Source: an uncultured Methanomicrobiaceae archaeon
GTDB lineage: Archaea; Halobacteriota; Methanomicrobia; Methanomicrobiales; Methanoculleaceae
Assembly (NCBI GenBank): GCA_963826525.1
Contig: CAWGXH010000004.1
Coordinates: forward strand, 256,001 to 320,000
Direction: 5' to 3'
DNA: 64,000 nucleotides
Of this stretch, positions 31,859 to 42,751 are shown one piece after another; the stretch's first letter is position 1; the number at the start of each line of letters is the position of its first letter. The notes under the pieces were generated by a model. That model did not search any database. It worked only from the letters and a program-made list of their open reading frames with translations, and was not told the origin of the DNA. The position numbers and the translations under genes were made by a program.

Positions 31859-32566
31859 ATGCACGAGTATGTACCTGCCATAGCCATCGTGCCGTTTCCC
31901 GGAACCCTTGAAGAGGTTGTCCTGGCTCTTTTCGTCATCGTGCCGCTCCTGTTAATCTTCAGTTTTCTCCTGCTCAGCGAGGAGGCCTTCGAGGCGATCG
32001 GCCTCCGGTTCCGCCATGCCGTTCTGATGACCGCCGGGGCGCTGATCGGGAGTTTCATCAATATCCCATTGATACCGTACCAGGGGAACATAATAGCGGT
32101 CAACGTCGGCGGATGTGTCATCCCGCTCGTCATCACCTTCGAGCTCGTCGCGAAGCACCAGGTCGTCTTCTCCCGGGTGCTCGCCGCCATCATCGCGGTA
32201 TCTGCCGTTACCTTCATCTTCGCCACGCCCGTCCCCGGCATCGGGATCACCATGCCGTTTTACATCGCCCCCCTGGCAGGAGCAACAGCAGGACTCCTCC
32301 TCGCCCGGGGATGCGGCGGCGCACCGGCGCTCGCCTACGCCGGCGGAACGGTCGGGACGCTCATCGGGGCGGATCTCCTCAACCTCGCAAACCCCCTCGT
32401 CCTGGCATCCCTCACGGTCGCCACCGGCACGGTGCTCTCCATAGGCGGGGCCGGGATATTCGACGGCATCTTCATAACGGGCATCGCCGCCGTGTTCCTC
32501 GCCGCTTTTTTCGGCAGGAGAATCAGGAAATTAAAAAAGGGCGGGTGCCCGGACGAAGAGATCTGA
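31859..32566 (+). CDS. DUF1614 family membrane protein (second paralog)
   Basis: GSFINIPL, AVNVGGCVIP, PVPGIGI, GTLIGADLLNL and SIGGAGIFDGIF motifs. Confidence 0.85.
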   Translation: MHEYVPAIAIVPFPGTLEEVVLALFVIVPLLLIFSFLLLSEEAFEAIGLRFRHAVLMTAGALIGSFINIPLIPYQGNIIAVNVGGCVIPLVITFELVAKHQVVFSRVLAAIIAVSAVTFIFATPVPGIGITMPFYIAPLAGATAGLLLARGCGGAPALAYAGGTVGTLIGADLLNLANPLVLASLTVATGTVLSIGGAGIFDGIFITGIAAVFLAAFFGRRIRKLKKGGCPDEEI

Positions 32567-32576
32567 ACCGCGGCAT

Positions 32577-34393
32577 TCACCGGTGGTCGAAGAACTTCCG
32601 GATCCAGAGCTCGGCGCAGACGATCCGCCAGAGCTCGGTCGAGTAGACCGCCCGTCCGTCGAGGAACTCCCGGTAGTTTGCAGAGACCGCGTCCGCATCC
32701 CAGTATGGCCGCTCGTTAAACGACGGCGATGCGAAGATCGCCAGTATCTCGTCCTTCAGATCTTCCTTCATCCAGACCTCTTCCGGCGTGACGAAACCCA
32801 TCTTATCCATCCTGCAGCGTATCGCATCGGGGACGAGCCCGCGTATCGCCGAGCGGAGCACGTACTTCGTCACGCCGCCGCGGATCTTCTGGTCGAGCGG
32901 CAGGGATGCCAGGTACTCCACCAGCCGGTAATCGAGGAACGGAACCCGTGACTCGATCGAAAACGCCATGGAGTTCCGATCCTCCCAGTGGAGGAGGAGC
33001 GGGAGGTTCGTTCTGAAGAGCTCCCGTTTGAGCACCTCGTCGAGCGACCCCTGGTAGCGCAGGACCTCCGGCACCGCCCCCCGGATCAGGCTCCGCCGGT
33101 CCGACCGCACCAGCGTCTGCCGGAGTGCCCACGAAAAGAACCCCCGGTGATGCCGCATGCTTCCCGCCGCTTCGCGGAGAGCCTGCCGGAGATACCCGTC
33201 CCGAAGGAGACCCCGGATGTAGGAGGTCTGGTAGGCAATATACCCGCCGAGCCTGCTCGTCGGCGCCCTGGCCGTCGAGCACCACCTTCACCTCCTCCCG
33301 GGCAAGCCGCATAACGCAGGTACTGGGCATAGATTGAGAGCGACGCAAAGGGTTCGTCCTGCATGTACAGCAGGTGGTCGATATCGTCCCAGAGGTGGGC
33401 GGGGTCGGGGCTCGTCCGGTGACCGGTAGCCCCCGTCGCCCCCACGGCCACGTCGATGAACCTGCTCTCCGAGAAACGCGGATCGTCGAAGCAGACCGAG
33501 AAGGTCTTCTGCATCTCGCCGATGCTTGCGGGACTCTCGGCACGGAGGAACTCGTTGATCAGCACCACCAGGGTCGAGGAGTCGATGCCGCCCGAGAGGC
33601 AGGTGCCGACCGGGACGTCGCTCCTGAGGCGGAGGCGCACCGCATCGGTCAGCAGCAGCCGGAGGTTCTCCGCCGCCGCCTCGTCGGAGATCCCGGAAGA
33701 CGGCTCAGGGTTCATGGCGACGTCCCAGTAGCAGAACGGCTCCGGAGCCCCGTCCGGGCGGACGACGAGCGCGTGCGCGGGCGGCAACTGCAGAATCCCG
33801 GAGAAGAGCGTCTCGGCAGTGTGATCGGCAACCCCCCAGGCGAGGAACGTCATCAGCGCCGGGACGTTCGGCTCCCGCCCGGCGCCAGGGTGGGCGAGCA
33901 GCGCCTTTATCTCGGAGGCGAAGAGGAACGAGCCGTCCAGGGCGGTGTAGTAGAAGGGTTTGACGCCCAGGCGGTCCCGGGCGCAGAAGAGCTCCTCCCG
34001 TCCCGCATCCCAGAGGGCGAACGCCCACATCCCGTTGAACCGCTGCAGGCAGTCTCTGCCCCACTCCTCGTAGGCGTGGAGGATCACCTCGGTATCGGAC
34101 GAAGAGGAGAACCGGTGCCCGAGCCGGCGGAGCTCGTCCCGGAGCTCCGGGTAGTTGTAGATCTCGCCATTGAAGACCAGCCGGAGAGAGCCGTCCTCGT
34201 TCTGCATCGGCTGGGCGCCGTCGTCCGAGAGATCGATGATGGCGAGACGGCGATGGGCAAGCCCGATCCGCCCGTCCAGGTACAGGCCGTCCCCATCCGG
34301 CCCGCGATGCGCGAGGCGGGCCGACATGCTCCGGACGAGGTCAGGGTCGGCCTGCCCCGACGACAGCGCGAACTCTCCGGCAATCCCACACAT
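32577..34393 (-). CDS. asnB: Asparagine synthase (glutamine-hydrolysing) family amidotransferase; frameshifts at ~33150-33320
   Basis: MCGIAG, HRGPD, HRRLAIID, FNGEIYNY, RDRLGVKP, LSGGIDSS, LDGQGADE, EDRNSMAFSIESRVPFLD and KMGF motifs. Confidence 0.9.
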
Positions 34394-34529
34394 TGGATAT
34401 CAGTTAACGGTCAACGCTCATGAACGCTCTGGTCACACCGGCAGAGGGCGGGTGCTCCCCTGCAGGCGGTCGCGGAAGAGAAAAGAGGAAAAACAGGGTG
34501 CTCCCGAACCTCCGCAGGGACCGGGGCGG

Positions 34530-34976
34530 TCAGTCAGAGCAGGTCTTCTTCAGCCCGACCCCGTTGAGGTCGCAGGGAGGGCATCCTTCCCCCTGCCCGT
34601 TGACCACCCGGTACGCATCCGCGAGCACCGCAGAGTTCGAGAGGAGGCCGGCGATCAGAATGACCTCGAGGATCTCCGCCCGGGTCGCGCCCTTCGAGAG
34701 AGCCGCCTGCATATGGTACTCCACGCAGTGGCTGCATTTGAGGGCGGCGCCGGCGGCGAGGCTGATCAGCTCGATCATCTTCGGCTCGAGCTGGCTCGTC
34801 TCCGTGATCGCACTTTTATAGAGCAGGTGCGAGATGAGTATCTCCGGCCGTTCGCTCATCCGCTCAAAGATCAGCGGGACTCTCCCATATTCGTCCTCGA
34901 TATCGTGGAGCCATTCCCGGGCGATGGCCTCAGTGCCCCGCTCGCCAATGGTATTGAGAATCTTTTCGAAATCCAT
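34530..34976 (-). CDS. Carboxymuconolactone decarboxylase/AhpD-family protein
   Basis: ELISLAAGAALKCSHCVEYH..A...GATRAEILE motif and a C-terminal CPPC. Confidence 0.85.
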   Translation of the reverse strand: MDFEKILNTIGERGTEAIAREWLHDIEDEYGRVPLIFERMSERPEILISHLLYKSAITETSQLEPKMIELISLAAGAALKCSHCVEYHMQAALSKGATRAEILEVILIAGLLSNSAVLADAYRVVNGQGEGCPPCDLNGVGLKKTCSD

Positions 34977-34981
34977 CGCTG

Positions 34982-35924
34982 CTACACCATGATCCGGGTT
35001 TCTGAGACAGGTTTGATCCGTATCAATATGTAATTGCGCATTCGTGACGGGAGAACCTCGGCGACGTCCCCGACGGTCACGCCGTCGGCGATCTCGAGCG
35101 CACGGATATCGTCTGCGTAGGACTCGTACGGCAGTTTCACCCGGAGGCCCGAGAGTTGGGCGGTCACCGGCGTCGGATGGGTCAGGAAGGTCACCTCGTG
35201 GATCTTCTCCTCGAGGATCTCCATCAGCCGCGGCGGGAAGATCGAGAGCGGGTCCTTCGCGAGCTCGTCCCGCTTCGCATCGAGCGCCCGCGAGACCTCC
35301 TCGACCAGCTCGTCGAGTTTCCGGAGTTCCTCCGGCCGCTTGAACCGGTGCATAATCCGGCCGATATCGCCGACGTACCCCTCGACGGGCGGATCGGCGA
35401 TCCCCATCAGCGTCTCCCGGTCGGGAGCCCCGGTGAGGACGATCGGCACGTGGATACCCCGCCGGAGCACCGGAAACTTCTGCCGGATGCACTCCTCGAA
35501 GGTCCCGAGAACGTATACGGCGAGGTCGTGCTCGTTGATGACGTCACGCTCCTCGGCGTTCAGGTTGGCGATCCGCTTGCCGAACCCCCGTGCAAGCCCG
35601 ACCATGTTGGTCTTGGCACCGGCCCGGCGGAGATACTCGGCGATATCGCACGAGGTATGCGGGAGGTGATGGATCTCGAGACTCGGGCTGACGACGGCGA
35701 TCTCGGTGCCGACGAGCGGCGCCTCGGTGACCTCGCCTGCCAGGGGCTTTGCGATCCGGCGGATCAGGCTCGACGTCGTCCCGGGGCACGAAAGACTGGA
35801 GCACCACCTCCTGCGCCATCAGATGTTTCTGCACGATATACCCGCCGATATCGTCGATCAGGTCCACGATCTCGTCGTGCCGGTAGACGCCGCCCTTGTA
35901 GGTGATCGGGACGAGGGTCGTCAC
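34982..35924 (-). CDS. mmp7: Methanogenesis marker protein 7; frameshift at ~35770
   Basis: YKGGVYRHDE, GTEIAVVSPSL..HHLPH..CDIAEYLRR and MVGLARG motifs; operon position. Confidence 0.85.
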
Positions 35925-36507
35925 AGGCTCTCCCCCATCAGGGCGAACTTCTCGGCGACGAGGGTCTCCACGACATCGTCGGGCAGCGTATCCTCGCTCG
36001 CCACATAGTAAAACTTCGTGCTCTTCACGTACTGGCGCCGCACCTTGAACCCCTCCGGAGCAATATACTGCAGGGCGTAGATGACGTCCTGGTAGATAGA
36101 GTGTCACTCGGGTCCGCCACCACCAGATCCTCGATCTTCTCTTCCTGGAACCCTTCTGCAGGAAGAATGATGGTGAACCGGTCGGGCTGTTCGACGTGCT
36201 CCTTGCCGAACTTCACCCAGAGGAGGGTGAGCAGCGGGGCGAGGTAGGTCTCGTCGCTGATATCGAGGACGGCTTTCCCTTCCTGAACGTTGATGTTCGC
36301 GAAGTCGTGTAGCCGCACCTGCCGCGGCAGGTGGCGGATCATTCCGACGGCGACGAAGATCGGAACCTTCGGATCGACGAAGATGTGCAGTTTTTCGATC
36401 ACCTTGATGAGATCGAGGTCCTGCAGTACGTCGGCGGCGATCCGCTTGTAGGCCTCTCCCCCTCTCCTATCGCTGCATTCGACTTCAAAGTAGTTCAGCG
36501 GCGGCAT
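35921..36507 (-). CDS. mmp17: Methanogenesis marker protein 17; frameshift at ~36100
   Basis: FEVEC...GG..Y, DETYL, QPDRF and APEGFKVR motifs; lies between mmp15 and mmp7. Confidence 0.8.
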
Positions 36508-37746
36508 CTAATCCCCTTTGATGTATCCGGACGCGAGCAGCGCAGAGCCGACCGCACCGATGTACTGGGAGTTCGGCGGGACGACGATATCGATCTGCAA
36601 AAGCTCGCCCATGGCATGAACCAGCCCCTCGATCAGCGACGTCCCGCCGACCATGATCACCGGCTCCTTGATGTCGACCTCCTGGAGCTGCTGCTCGAAG
36701 ACCTGCTCGGCGACGCTGTGGCACGCGGCGGCGGCGACGTCCTCCGGCGAACTGCCTGCCGCAAGGGCGTTGACGAGGCTCTGCGTCCCAAAGACGATGC
36801 AGTAGCTGTTCATCGCTACATTCTTCGAAAATCCCTTCATGGCGAGGGGGCCGAGTTCAGTGATCTCGATGCCGAGGCGCTTCGCCGTCAGCTCGAGGAA
36901 CCGCCCGCTGGCACCGGCACAGATGCCGCCCATCGTGAACGTTCCCGGGATGCCGTCGATGACACTGATCGCCTTGTTGTCCATACCCCCGATATCGATC
37001 ACCGTCGCGGTTCCCCGCTGGTGATCGGCAAGGTAGACCGCTCCCTTCGAGTTGACGGTGAGCTCCTCCTGGATCAGGTCGGCACCGAGATGTTTCCCGA
37101 CGAGGAACCGTCCGTATCCGGTGGTCCCAATAGCCTCCACGTCCTCGCGAGAGAGCCCGGCCTCCGCAAGCGCGAGCTCGACCACCTCGTCAGCGCTCTT
37201 GAGCACCTCGGTCGTCGGGCGCCATCCCGTCCCGACGATCCGGTTGTCCCGCATGACGACGGCCTTTGTCGTGCTCGAACCGCTGTCCACCCCGAGGGTA
37301 ATCCCGGTCTGCTCTTCGCGGGCAAGAAGCGCCCGTCGCCTCGCGATGGTGGTCAGCGCCTCCATCCGGGTAAGCAGCGTGCCGGCAGTCGTCCGTTCGG
37401 TGAACGAGTAGCTGACGACGGGGAGCGTCGACTTTTCATGAATATAGCGCCGGAGCTCGTTCCTGACGATCGCGGCCTCCGCACACCGGAAACAGGTCGC
37501 AATAAAGACCGCATCCGCCTCGACCTTTCCCTCGACGAGCGCCTTTGCCCGGGCGATGGCGAGTTTCAGGTCGGCGCTCCGGACGTCGAGCCCGAACTCC
37601 TTTACCGCCAATCTGACATCGGCCAGCGCGATGTCGGGGAAGAAGATCTCCGCATCGACCGCCTCCGCCGCATCAGCGATCTCTTTCTGCACCCCGCTGT
37701 ACTCGGGGCCGCAGGAGAGCTGGGCAATCCTCACCCGCGACGTCAT
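36508..37746 (-). CDS. mmp15: Methanogenesis marker protein 15 (ASKHA CoA-activase-like ATPase)
   Basis: [48 protein letters not shown] and NSYCIVFG motifs. Confidence 0.9.
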   Translation of the reverse strand: MTSRVRIAQLSCGPEYSGVQKEIADAAEAVDAEIFFPDIALADVRLAVKEFGLDVRSADLKLAIARAKALVEGKVEADAVFIATCFRCAEAAIVRNELRRYIHEKSTLPVVSYSFTERTTAGTLLTRMEALTTIARRRALLAREEQTGITLGVDSGSSTTKAVVMRDNRIVGTGWRPTTEVLKSADEVVELALAEAGLSREDVEAIGTTGYGRFLVGKHLGADLIQEELTVNSKGAVYLADHQRGTATVIDIGGMDNKAISVIDGIPGTFTMGGICAGASGRFLELTAKRLGIEITELGPLAMKGFSKNVAMNSYCIVFGTQSLVNALAAGSSPEDVAAAACHSVAEQVFEQQLQEVDIKEPVIMVGGTSLIEGLVHAMGELLQIDIVVPPNSQYIGAVGSALLASGYIKGD

Positions 37747-38195
37747 TTCTCTTCCTCCTTCGGGAGGCCTGCCAGGAAATCCCTGATAGCGGCGACGAAG
37801 CGCACCCCTTCCTCATCGGTCCCCGGGTACTCCACCTCGAGGATGGGGATATCCTTCTGGCGGAGGGTGAAGAGGATCAGTTCGTCGGTCCGGGCGCATC
37901 CCATGCACCCGAACGCGAGATCGGCGTCGGTGACGATGATCGCGGCCTCCGCCTCCTCGAGGAGCGGGCCGTACACCGACATCCTGCCCCGGACACCCGA
38001 CGGCACCTCGACGGCCGCATACTTCAGCCCTTTCTTCGGGTCTTCGGGAGTGATCTGGAGGGGCGGGGATTCGACGCCGGCGGTCTGGATACGCTCCCGG
38101 ATAGAGAGCGCGGCGCCGAGTGGCCGGTGGCCGAACCGTGCCACCAGGTCGGAGAGGATCAGACTCGTTGCAGGATAAATAAACACCTTGGCCAT
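37743..38195 (-). CDS. mmp5: Methanogenesis marker protein 5
   Basis: [30 protein letters not shown] and FGCMGCART motifs. Confidence 0.9.
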   Translation of the reverse strand: MAKVFIYPATSLILSDLVARFGHRPLGAALSIRERIQTAGVESPPLQITPEDPKKGLKYAAVEVPSGVRGRMSVYGPLLEEAEAAIIVTDADLAFGCMGCARTDELILFTLRQKDIPILEVEYPGTDEEGVRFVAAIRDFLAGLPKEEEK

Positions 38196-38199
38196 ATCT

Positions 38200-38663
38200 T
38201 CAGGACTCCTCTGCTTCTTCGATCAACTCTTTGAGTTTTTTGATAGTCAATAACGATCGCATCTCCTGTCGCGCGGGCTCTTCTGCAGGCTCTCGAACTC
38301 CTTCCTTCCCGAGCACCTCGAGGCCGTGGGAGACATACCGGAGCAGGGGAAACTCGGCCTCGTGGCCGAGATAGCCGGGCCTCGCTCCGCCGAGGTTCGC
38401 CCGGCAGCGACGCGGGTCGCCGGGGGGAACCCCCGGTCCTTGACGAAGATATGCGCGGGATCGAACGTGCGGATCGTCCGGATGAGCCGGTCGACGTCTT
38501 CCGGCTTCCCCGTGACCTGCAGGCCGAAACAGGTCTCTTTGATCATGACGCCTTCCGAGACCTCGTACGCCCGGAGCGCGAGAGCGGAGGGCGTCATCGT
38601 CGGGGACTCGACGAAGACGTACTTGGTGACGGTGCCCACGAGACGGGGCGTATAGTCGGCCAT
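38200..38663 (-). CDS. mmp6: Methanogenesis marker protein 6; frameshifted
   Basis: IKETCFG, IFVKDRGFPPGDPRRCRA and GARPGY motifs. Confidence 0.85.
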
Positions 38664-40181
38664 TCATCTCACCTCCCTGATATAGACCATCGAGCCGTCT
38701 TTGAGGCCTGCAAGTTTCTCGACCTCCGTGACGGTCCCGATGATGTTGGTGCCGGAGAACGGCTCGGACGTCGGCCCGAACTCGGTGTTCGGCGTCGTGC
38801 GCACCCCGACCATTCCGGAGCCTTTCCGCGAGTCGTTCGTCATCGCAAGGGTATTCTCGGGAACAACCCCTTCCGGGACATTCTCCGGGATGATGCCGAC
38901 ACCCCGTGCGATCGAGGGCTTGAAGAGGTAGACGTCCTCGAATTTGAAGTAGAACGGGATCTTCCCGACGGAGTGGTGTTTCAGCCCCGAGACCTCCCTG
39001 AAGATGGCGCACGTCAGGGGAGCATGCTCGTCATCGAGCCGGACGCCGATCACCTGACCGAAAGGCTTTGTCGCAACCTGCACCTCTCTTTTCGCCAGCA
39101 CCTCGAGCGTCGTCGTCGGCCGCTGGTCGACCACGACGCGGTCGCCATCCGCTTCGTCTGCGGTGATCCGGATGCCCCGTTCCTCCGCAGCGGCACGCGC
39201 CTCGAGAAGCGTCCTGCCGATGAGATCGAGCTTCTGCGGAGTAACCCGGATACAGAGCAGGTCGCCCTCCGCAGCAACCCTCGCAAGCTCGAGGCCGTGC
39301 GTGACCCGGGCAACCACGGTATGTGCGGGGCTCGCCGGAGCGTCATTTGTATAGATGTAGACCGCTCCTTCCGACTTCCCGGCCGTCCGCACGGTGACGC
39401 TGCCTGCCCGGCGTGCGGAGGTCTGCTCCGCAGGCACTTTCGTCCTTGCCAGCCGTTCGTCGCGGATATGCGTGCTGCCGGACCGCCCTACGGAGAAATG
39501 GCCGTCCCGCAGCGCAAGGAGGAGATGCTCGACGCTCTTCGCCGTATCGGTATCGATACCGTCGGTCGTAAACCCTTCCGCCTCCGCCTCCACGCGGCTG
39601 ACGACATGCATACCGTCTTCGAGGACGACGCTGCCGTCGGTCGTCGTTATCGCCCGGGATCGGTCAACCTGGCTCTGAATGCGGTCGATGCTGAGAATCC
39701 GGTCGCCTTCCTTCCAGGCATCGAGGACGCTCTTGCCGCTGACGACCCGCCCGACGATACCTCCGTCCGCCGGAGCGCCGTGGTCGGCCGTATGGCGCAT
39801 CCTCGAGAATATCAGATAGGATCTCGCCGGGTCGTACCCGCCGCACCCGAGGATGACGTCGCCCCGTTCATAGCGGTACGGACGGCGTGCCGGGGAGATT
39901 GTCGATACGAACGGCCCGAACGCCGCCGCGTACCGGTCGGCCCAGCGGAGATCGAGTGCCTGCCCGGCATCACCCTCCGGCAGGCGGTACGCGCTCCCGC
40001 TCCCCTCCACGATTACCTCGCCGGCCGTCGAGACGATGCGGAGCTGTGCGGTCTCCGCGGCATCCTCACGGGCGGGACGGATAACGGCGATGGTGCACCG
40101 CGAGTCCCGATCCGGGAGGAGATCGGAGAGAAGAGTGCCTTCCGGAACGACCCGCCGGTCTCCATCGAGATGGACCTCCAT
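38664..40181 (-). CDS. mmp3: Methanogenesis marker protein 3 (cyclophilin-like folds)
   Basis: H..DHGAP, GSVTVRTAG..G.VYIY, HTVV, PEN.P, MTNDSR..GMVGVR and FGPTSEPF.GTNIIG motifs. Confidence 0.9.
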   Translation of the reverse strand: MEVHLDGDRRVVPEGTLLSDLLPDRDSRCTIAVIRPAREDAAETAQLRIVSTAGEVIVEGSGSAYRLPEGDAGQALDLRWADRYAAAFGPFVSTISPARRPYRYERGDVILGCGGYDPARSYLIFSRMRHTADHGAPADGGIVGRVVSGKSVLDAWKEGDRILSIDRIQSQVDRSRAITTTDGSVVLEDGMHVVSRVEAEAEGFTTDGIDTDTAKSVEHLLLALRDGHFSVGRSGSTHIRDERLARTKVPAEQTSARRAGSVTVRTAGKSEGAVYIYTNDAPASPAHTVVARVTHGLELARVAAEGDLLCIRVTPQKLDLIGRTLLEARAAAEERGIRITADEADGDRVVVDQRPTTTLEVLAKREVQVATKPFGQVIGVRLDDEHAPLTCAIFREVSGLKHHSVGKIPFYFKFEDVYLFKPSIARGVGIIPENVPEGVVPENTLAMTNDSRKGSGMVGVRTTPNTEFGPTSEPFSGTNIIGTVTEVEKLAGLKDGSMVYIREVR

Positions 40182-40193
40182 CGGTCTCCTGCC

Positions 40194-41804
40194 TCACGGG
40201 GCTGCGCTGCCCATCACTTTCCGCTCGTCTTCCGTCAGCTCGCCGAGGACCTCGGCCGTCGGCCCCATCTTGATGATCTTGCCGCCCCGCATCAGGGCGA
40301 CCCGGTCGCAGATATCTTTCACAAAGTCCATATCGTGAGATACCACGATAAATGTCTCGTCCATCTCTTCACGGGCATGCAGGATCGACTGTTTCACGTC
40401 GATCTTCGTGATCGGATCCATCGTCCCGGTCGGCTCGTCGAGGATGATCACCCTGGGCTCGCGGATCAGCACCTGCGCCAGCGCCACCCGGTGCTTCTCC
40501 CCCTCGGAGAGCTGGGCGGGATAGCGGCCGAGGATCGTTCTGCTCTTCTCCTCGGGGAACCCGGCCATGCCGAGGGTGATGATGGCTTTTCGGAGCGCGA
40601 GCTCTTTCGGGAACTCAAGCCCGATAGCGTCGGTGAGATTATCAAGGACCGTCCGGTGCGGATAGAGATCGTACTCCTGGTGGAGAAGGCCGATATACGC
40701 CTTGGCACGCCCTCTTTTCTGGATCCCCGGCGTGGTCATATCCACCCAGTCGTCGCCGATCCTGATATTCAGCTCGCCGCTCGTGGGTTCGAGGATCCCG
40801 GAGATCATGCGGGAGAGGGTTGTCTTCCCCGCACCGCTCTTCCCGATGACGCCGAAGATCTCTTTCTCGGCGACCTCGAAGGAGACACCGTTCACCGCTT
40901 TTACGACCCCCCGGTCGACGGAGAGGTAGCGCTTGACGACGTCGCGGGCGACCATGACCTTCTCGCCGACCTCTGCAACCTGGTGCTCGGCGACATCGCT
41001 GTAGTTCTGCATGAAGCGCTGGATAACCTCTTTCGGCGTTCCGATCCTGGCAATCTCACCGTTTTCGAGAAGAATCGCGCGGTCGGCGACGTCTTCGATA
41101 ACCTTCGAGAAGTGAGAGGTGACGATCATCCCCATCTCGCTCGCCTGTGCGCTCTCGATCAGCATTCGGTGCACGAAGACCGCCGTCTCGGGATCGAGCG
41201 TTCCCGTAGGTTCATCCGCGAAGAGAAGAACCGGCTCTTTTGCGAGCTGGCGGGCGAGCACCACCCGCTGCTTCTCGCCGCCGGAGAGATCGCGGGCGAT
41301 ATGCATCATCCGGTGGGAGAGACGGACTTCGTCGATGAGATCGGCAGCTCTGCCGATCGCTTTCTCCGCCGGGTAGCCGATGTCGTCGAGGGCGTGCAGC
41401 ACATTCTCGATGACCCGGTCGTCCCCATAGAGGGCGAAGGTCCGCTGGAACATGATCGCCGTCCGGCGCATTATCCGCCGTTTCATGCCGGAGTTCTCTT
41501 CCGCCCAGAGATCGACGTCGAGAGCCTTCATCTCCCCGCCGCATTTTGGGCAGGGTTTGCTGGCATCGCTCAGGGTGCCGATGTATTCGCACTCCGTGCA
41601 GGCGGTAATATGGTAAATAATCTGACCGCTCGTCGGGGGTTGATCGACACCACGCATCAGGTGCATAAGAACGGTTTTACCGGACCCGCTCCTGCCGATA
41701 ATCCCTACAATCTCCCCCTCTGCAATCTCAAAACTTATATCTTTCAGTGCAGTATTCCCATTGAAATCCATGCAGAGGTTTTTTACTGTGATTAATGGGT
41801 TCAT
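40194..41804 (-). CDS. atwA: Methyl-coenzyme M reductase system component A2 (double ABC ATPase with Zn ribbon)
   Basis: GRSGSGKT, C..C/CP.C, IMFQRTFALY, HRMMHIARDLSGGEKQR and second domain GKSGAGKT...LSEGE. Confidence 0.95.
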   Translation of the reverse strand: MNPLITVKNLCMDFNGNTALKDISFEIAEGEIVGIIGRSGSGKTVLMHLMRGVDQPPTSGQIIYHITACTECEYIGTLSDASKPCPKCGGEMKALDVDLWAEENSGMKRRIMRRTAIMFQRTFALYGDDRVIENVLHALDDIGYPAEKAIGRAADLIDEVRLSHRMMHIARDLSGGEKQRVVLARQLAKEPVLLFADEPTGTLDPETAVFVHRMLIESAQASEMGMIVTSHFSKVIEDVADRAILLENGEIARIGTPKEVIQRFMQNYSDVAEHQVAEVGEKVMVARDVVKRYLSVDRGVVKAVNGVSFEVAEKEIFGVIGKSGAGKTTLSRMISGILEPTSGELNIRIGDDWVDMTTPGIQKRGRAKAYIGLLHQEYDLYPHRTVLDNLTDAIGLEFPKELALRKAIITLGMAGFPEEKSRTILGRYPAQLSEGEKHRVALAQVLIREPRVIILDEPTGTMDPITKIDVKQSILHAREEMDETFIVVSHDMDFVKDICDRVALMRGGKIIKMGPTAEVLGELTEDERKVMGSAAP

Positions 41805-41852
41805 CGCAAGCTCCTCGTTACAACTACTGTGGCGGTCGTATCATATTATGGT

Positions 41853-42692
41853 TTATATTGTACCACTATCGGGAAACGAACCATCGTCGAGCAACCCTCT
41901 GACGATACCGGGAACCTCCGTCACATTCCCGATGACGTAGTCTACGTTGAGATAGAGCACCTCCGGCTTCGTATCCGACTGCTGCTCCGAAAGGACGGCG
42001 ACATCCGCCGCCTTGAAGGCGTGCAGATCGTTGATGGCATCACCGACCATGACGACCACATCGTAGCGTTTCCGAAGGTCCTCGACGATCTGCGCCTTTA
42101 TCGACGGGGTCGCAACGCCGTAGACGCGCTCGCGGGGAATGCCGAGGTAGTCTCCCATCTTCTCAAGTTTTGCAACGCGGTCGCCGGAGGCGATGTACGC
42201 CGGAACGCCCATCCGGTGCAGATCGCTGATCGTCTCCTTCGCCCCGTCGAAGGGTTTTCCTCCCGTGGTGACGGCAAACTCGATACCGCCCAGATCCAGA
42301 TTCACGATCACCCCGGAGTTCAGCGTCACGATAGACTCCTGTTTGCAGCTGCTCCAGACCTGACGGATGCACTCCTGCAGATCACCGACACAGGCATACC
42401 GGTCGGTGTAGAGAATGTTGCCGACCTCCTCGGCAGGGATGACGCGGCAGGCGCAGGCAACCCCGAATCCGATACCCCGCTCGATGAGAAACGACGAGAG
42501 GGGCATCTCTGCGGGTGCCTCGATGACGTCGCGGGAGTGGAGATGGAGCACCACCAGCACCCGCCCCTCGGACGCAAACGTGAGCGTGGTCGTCTCCACG
42601 TCGACGAGCATCCCGCCGTTCCGGACATCGCGTGCCACCCGGAAGGTCTTCAGCAACGTTCCTGCACTATCAAAGACAACGGCAACCGACAT
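41853..42692 (-). CDS. HAD-family hydrolase (soluble P-type-ATPase-like)
   Basis: VVFDSAGTL, IASGD, K and MVGDAIND..A motifs. Confidence 0.85.
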   Translation of the reverse strand: MSVAVVFDSAGTLLKTFRVARDVRNGGMLVDVETTTLTFASEGRVLVVLHLHSRDVIEAPAEMPLSSFLIERGIGFGVACACRVIPAEEVGNILYTDRYACVGDLQECIRQVWSSCKQESIVTLNSGVIVNLDLGGIEFAVTTGGKPFDGAKETISDLHRMGVPAYIASGDRVAKLEKMGDYLGIPRERVYGVATPSIKAQIVEDLRKRYDVVVMVGDAINDLHAFKAADVAVLSEQQSDTKPEVLYLNVDYVIGNVTEVPGIVRGLLDDGSFPDSGTI

Positions 42693-42751
42693 CGCTAACC
42701 CCAACGCCAATAGTTCTATCTAATATATTATCGCCTCTTCATTGAAGAGAT

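Noticed and set aside
38451-41795. 1114-aa plus-strand ORF (also 36331..38178, 22103..23509, 11804..13300, 52287..53552)
   Set aside because: Antisense shadows of well-recognised minus-strand genes in high-GC DNA, with no recognisable motifs.
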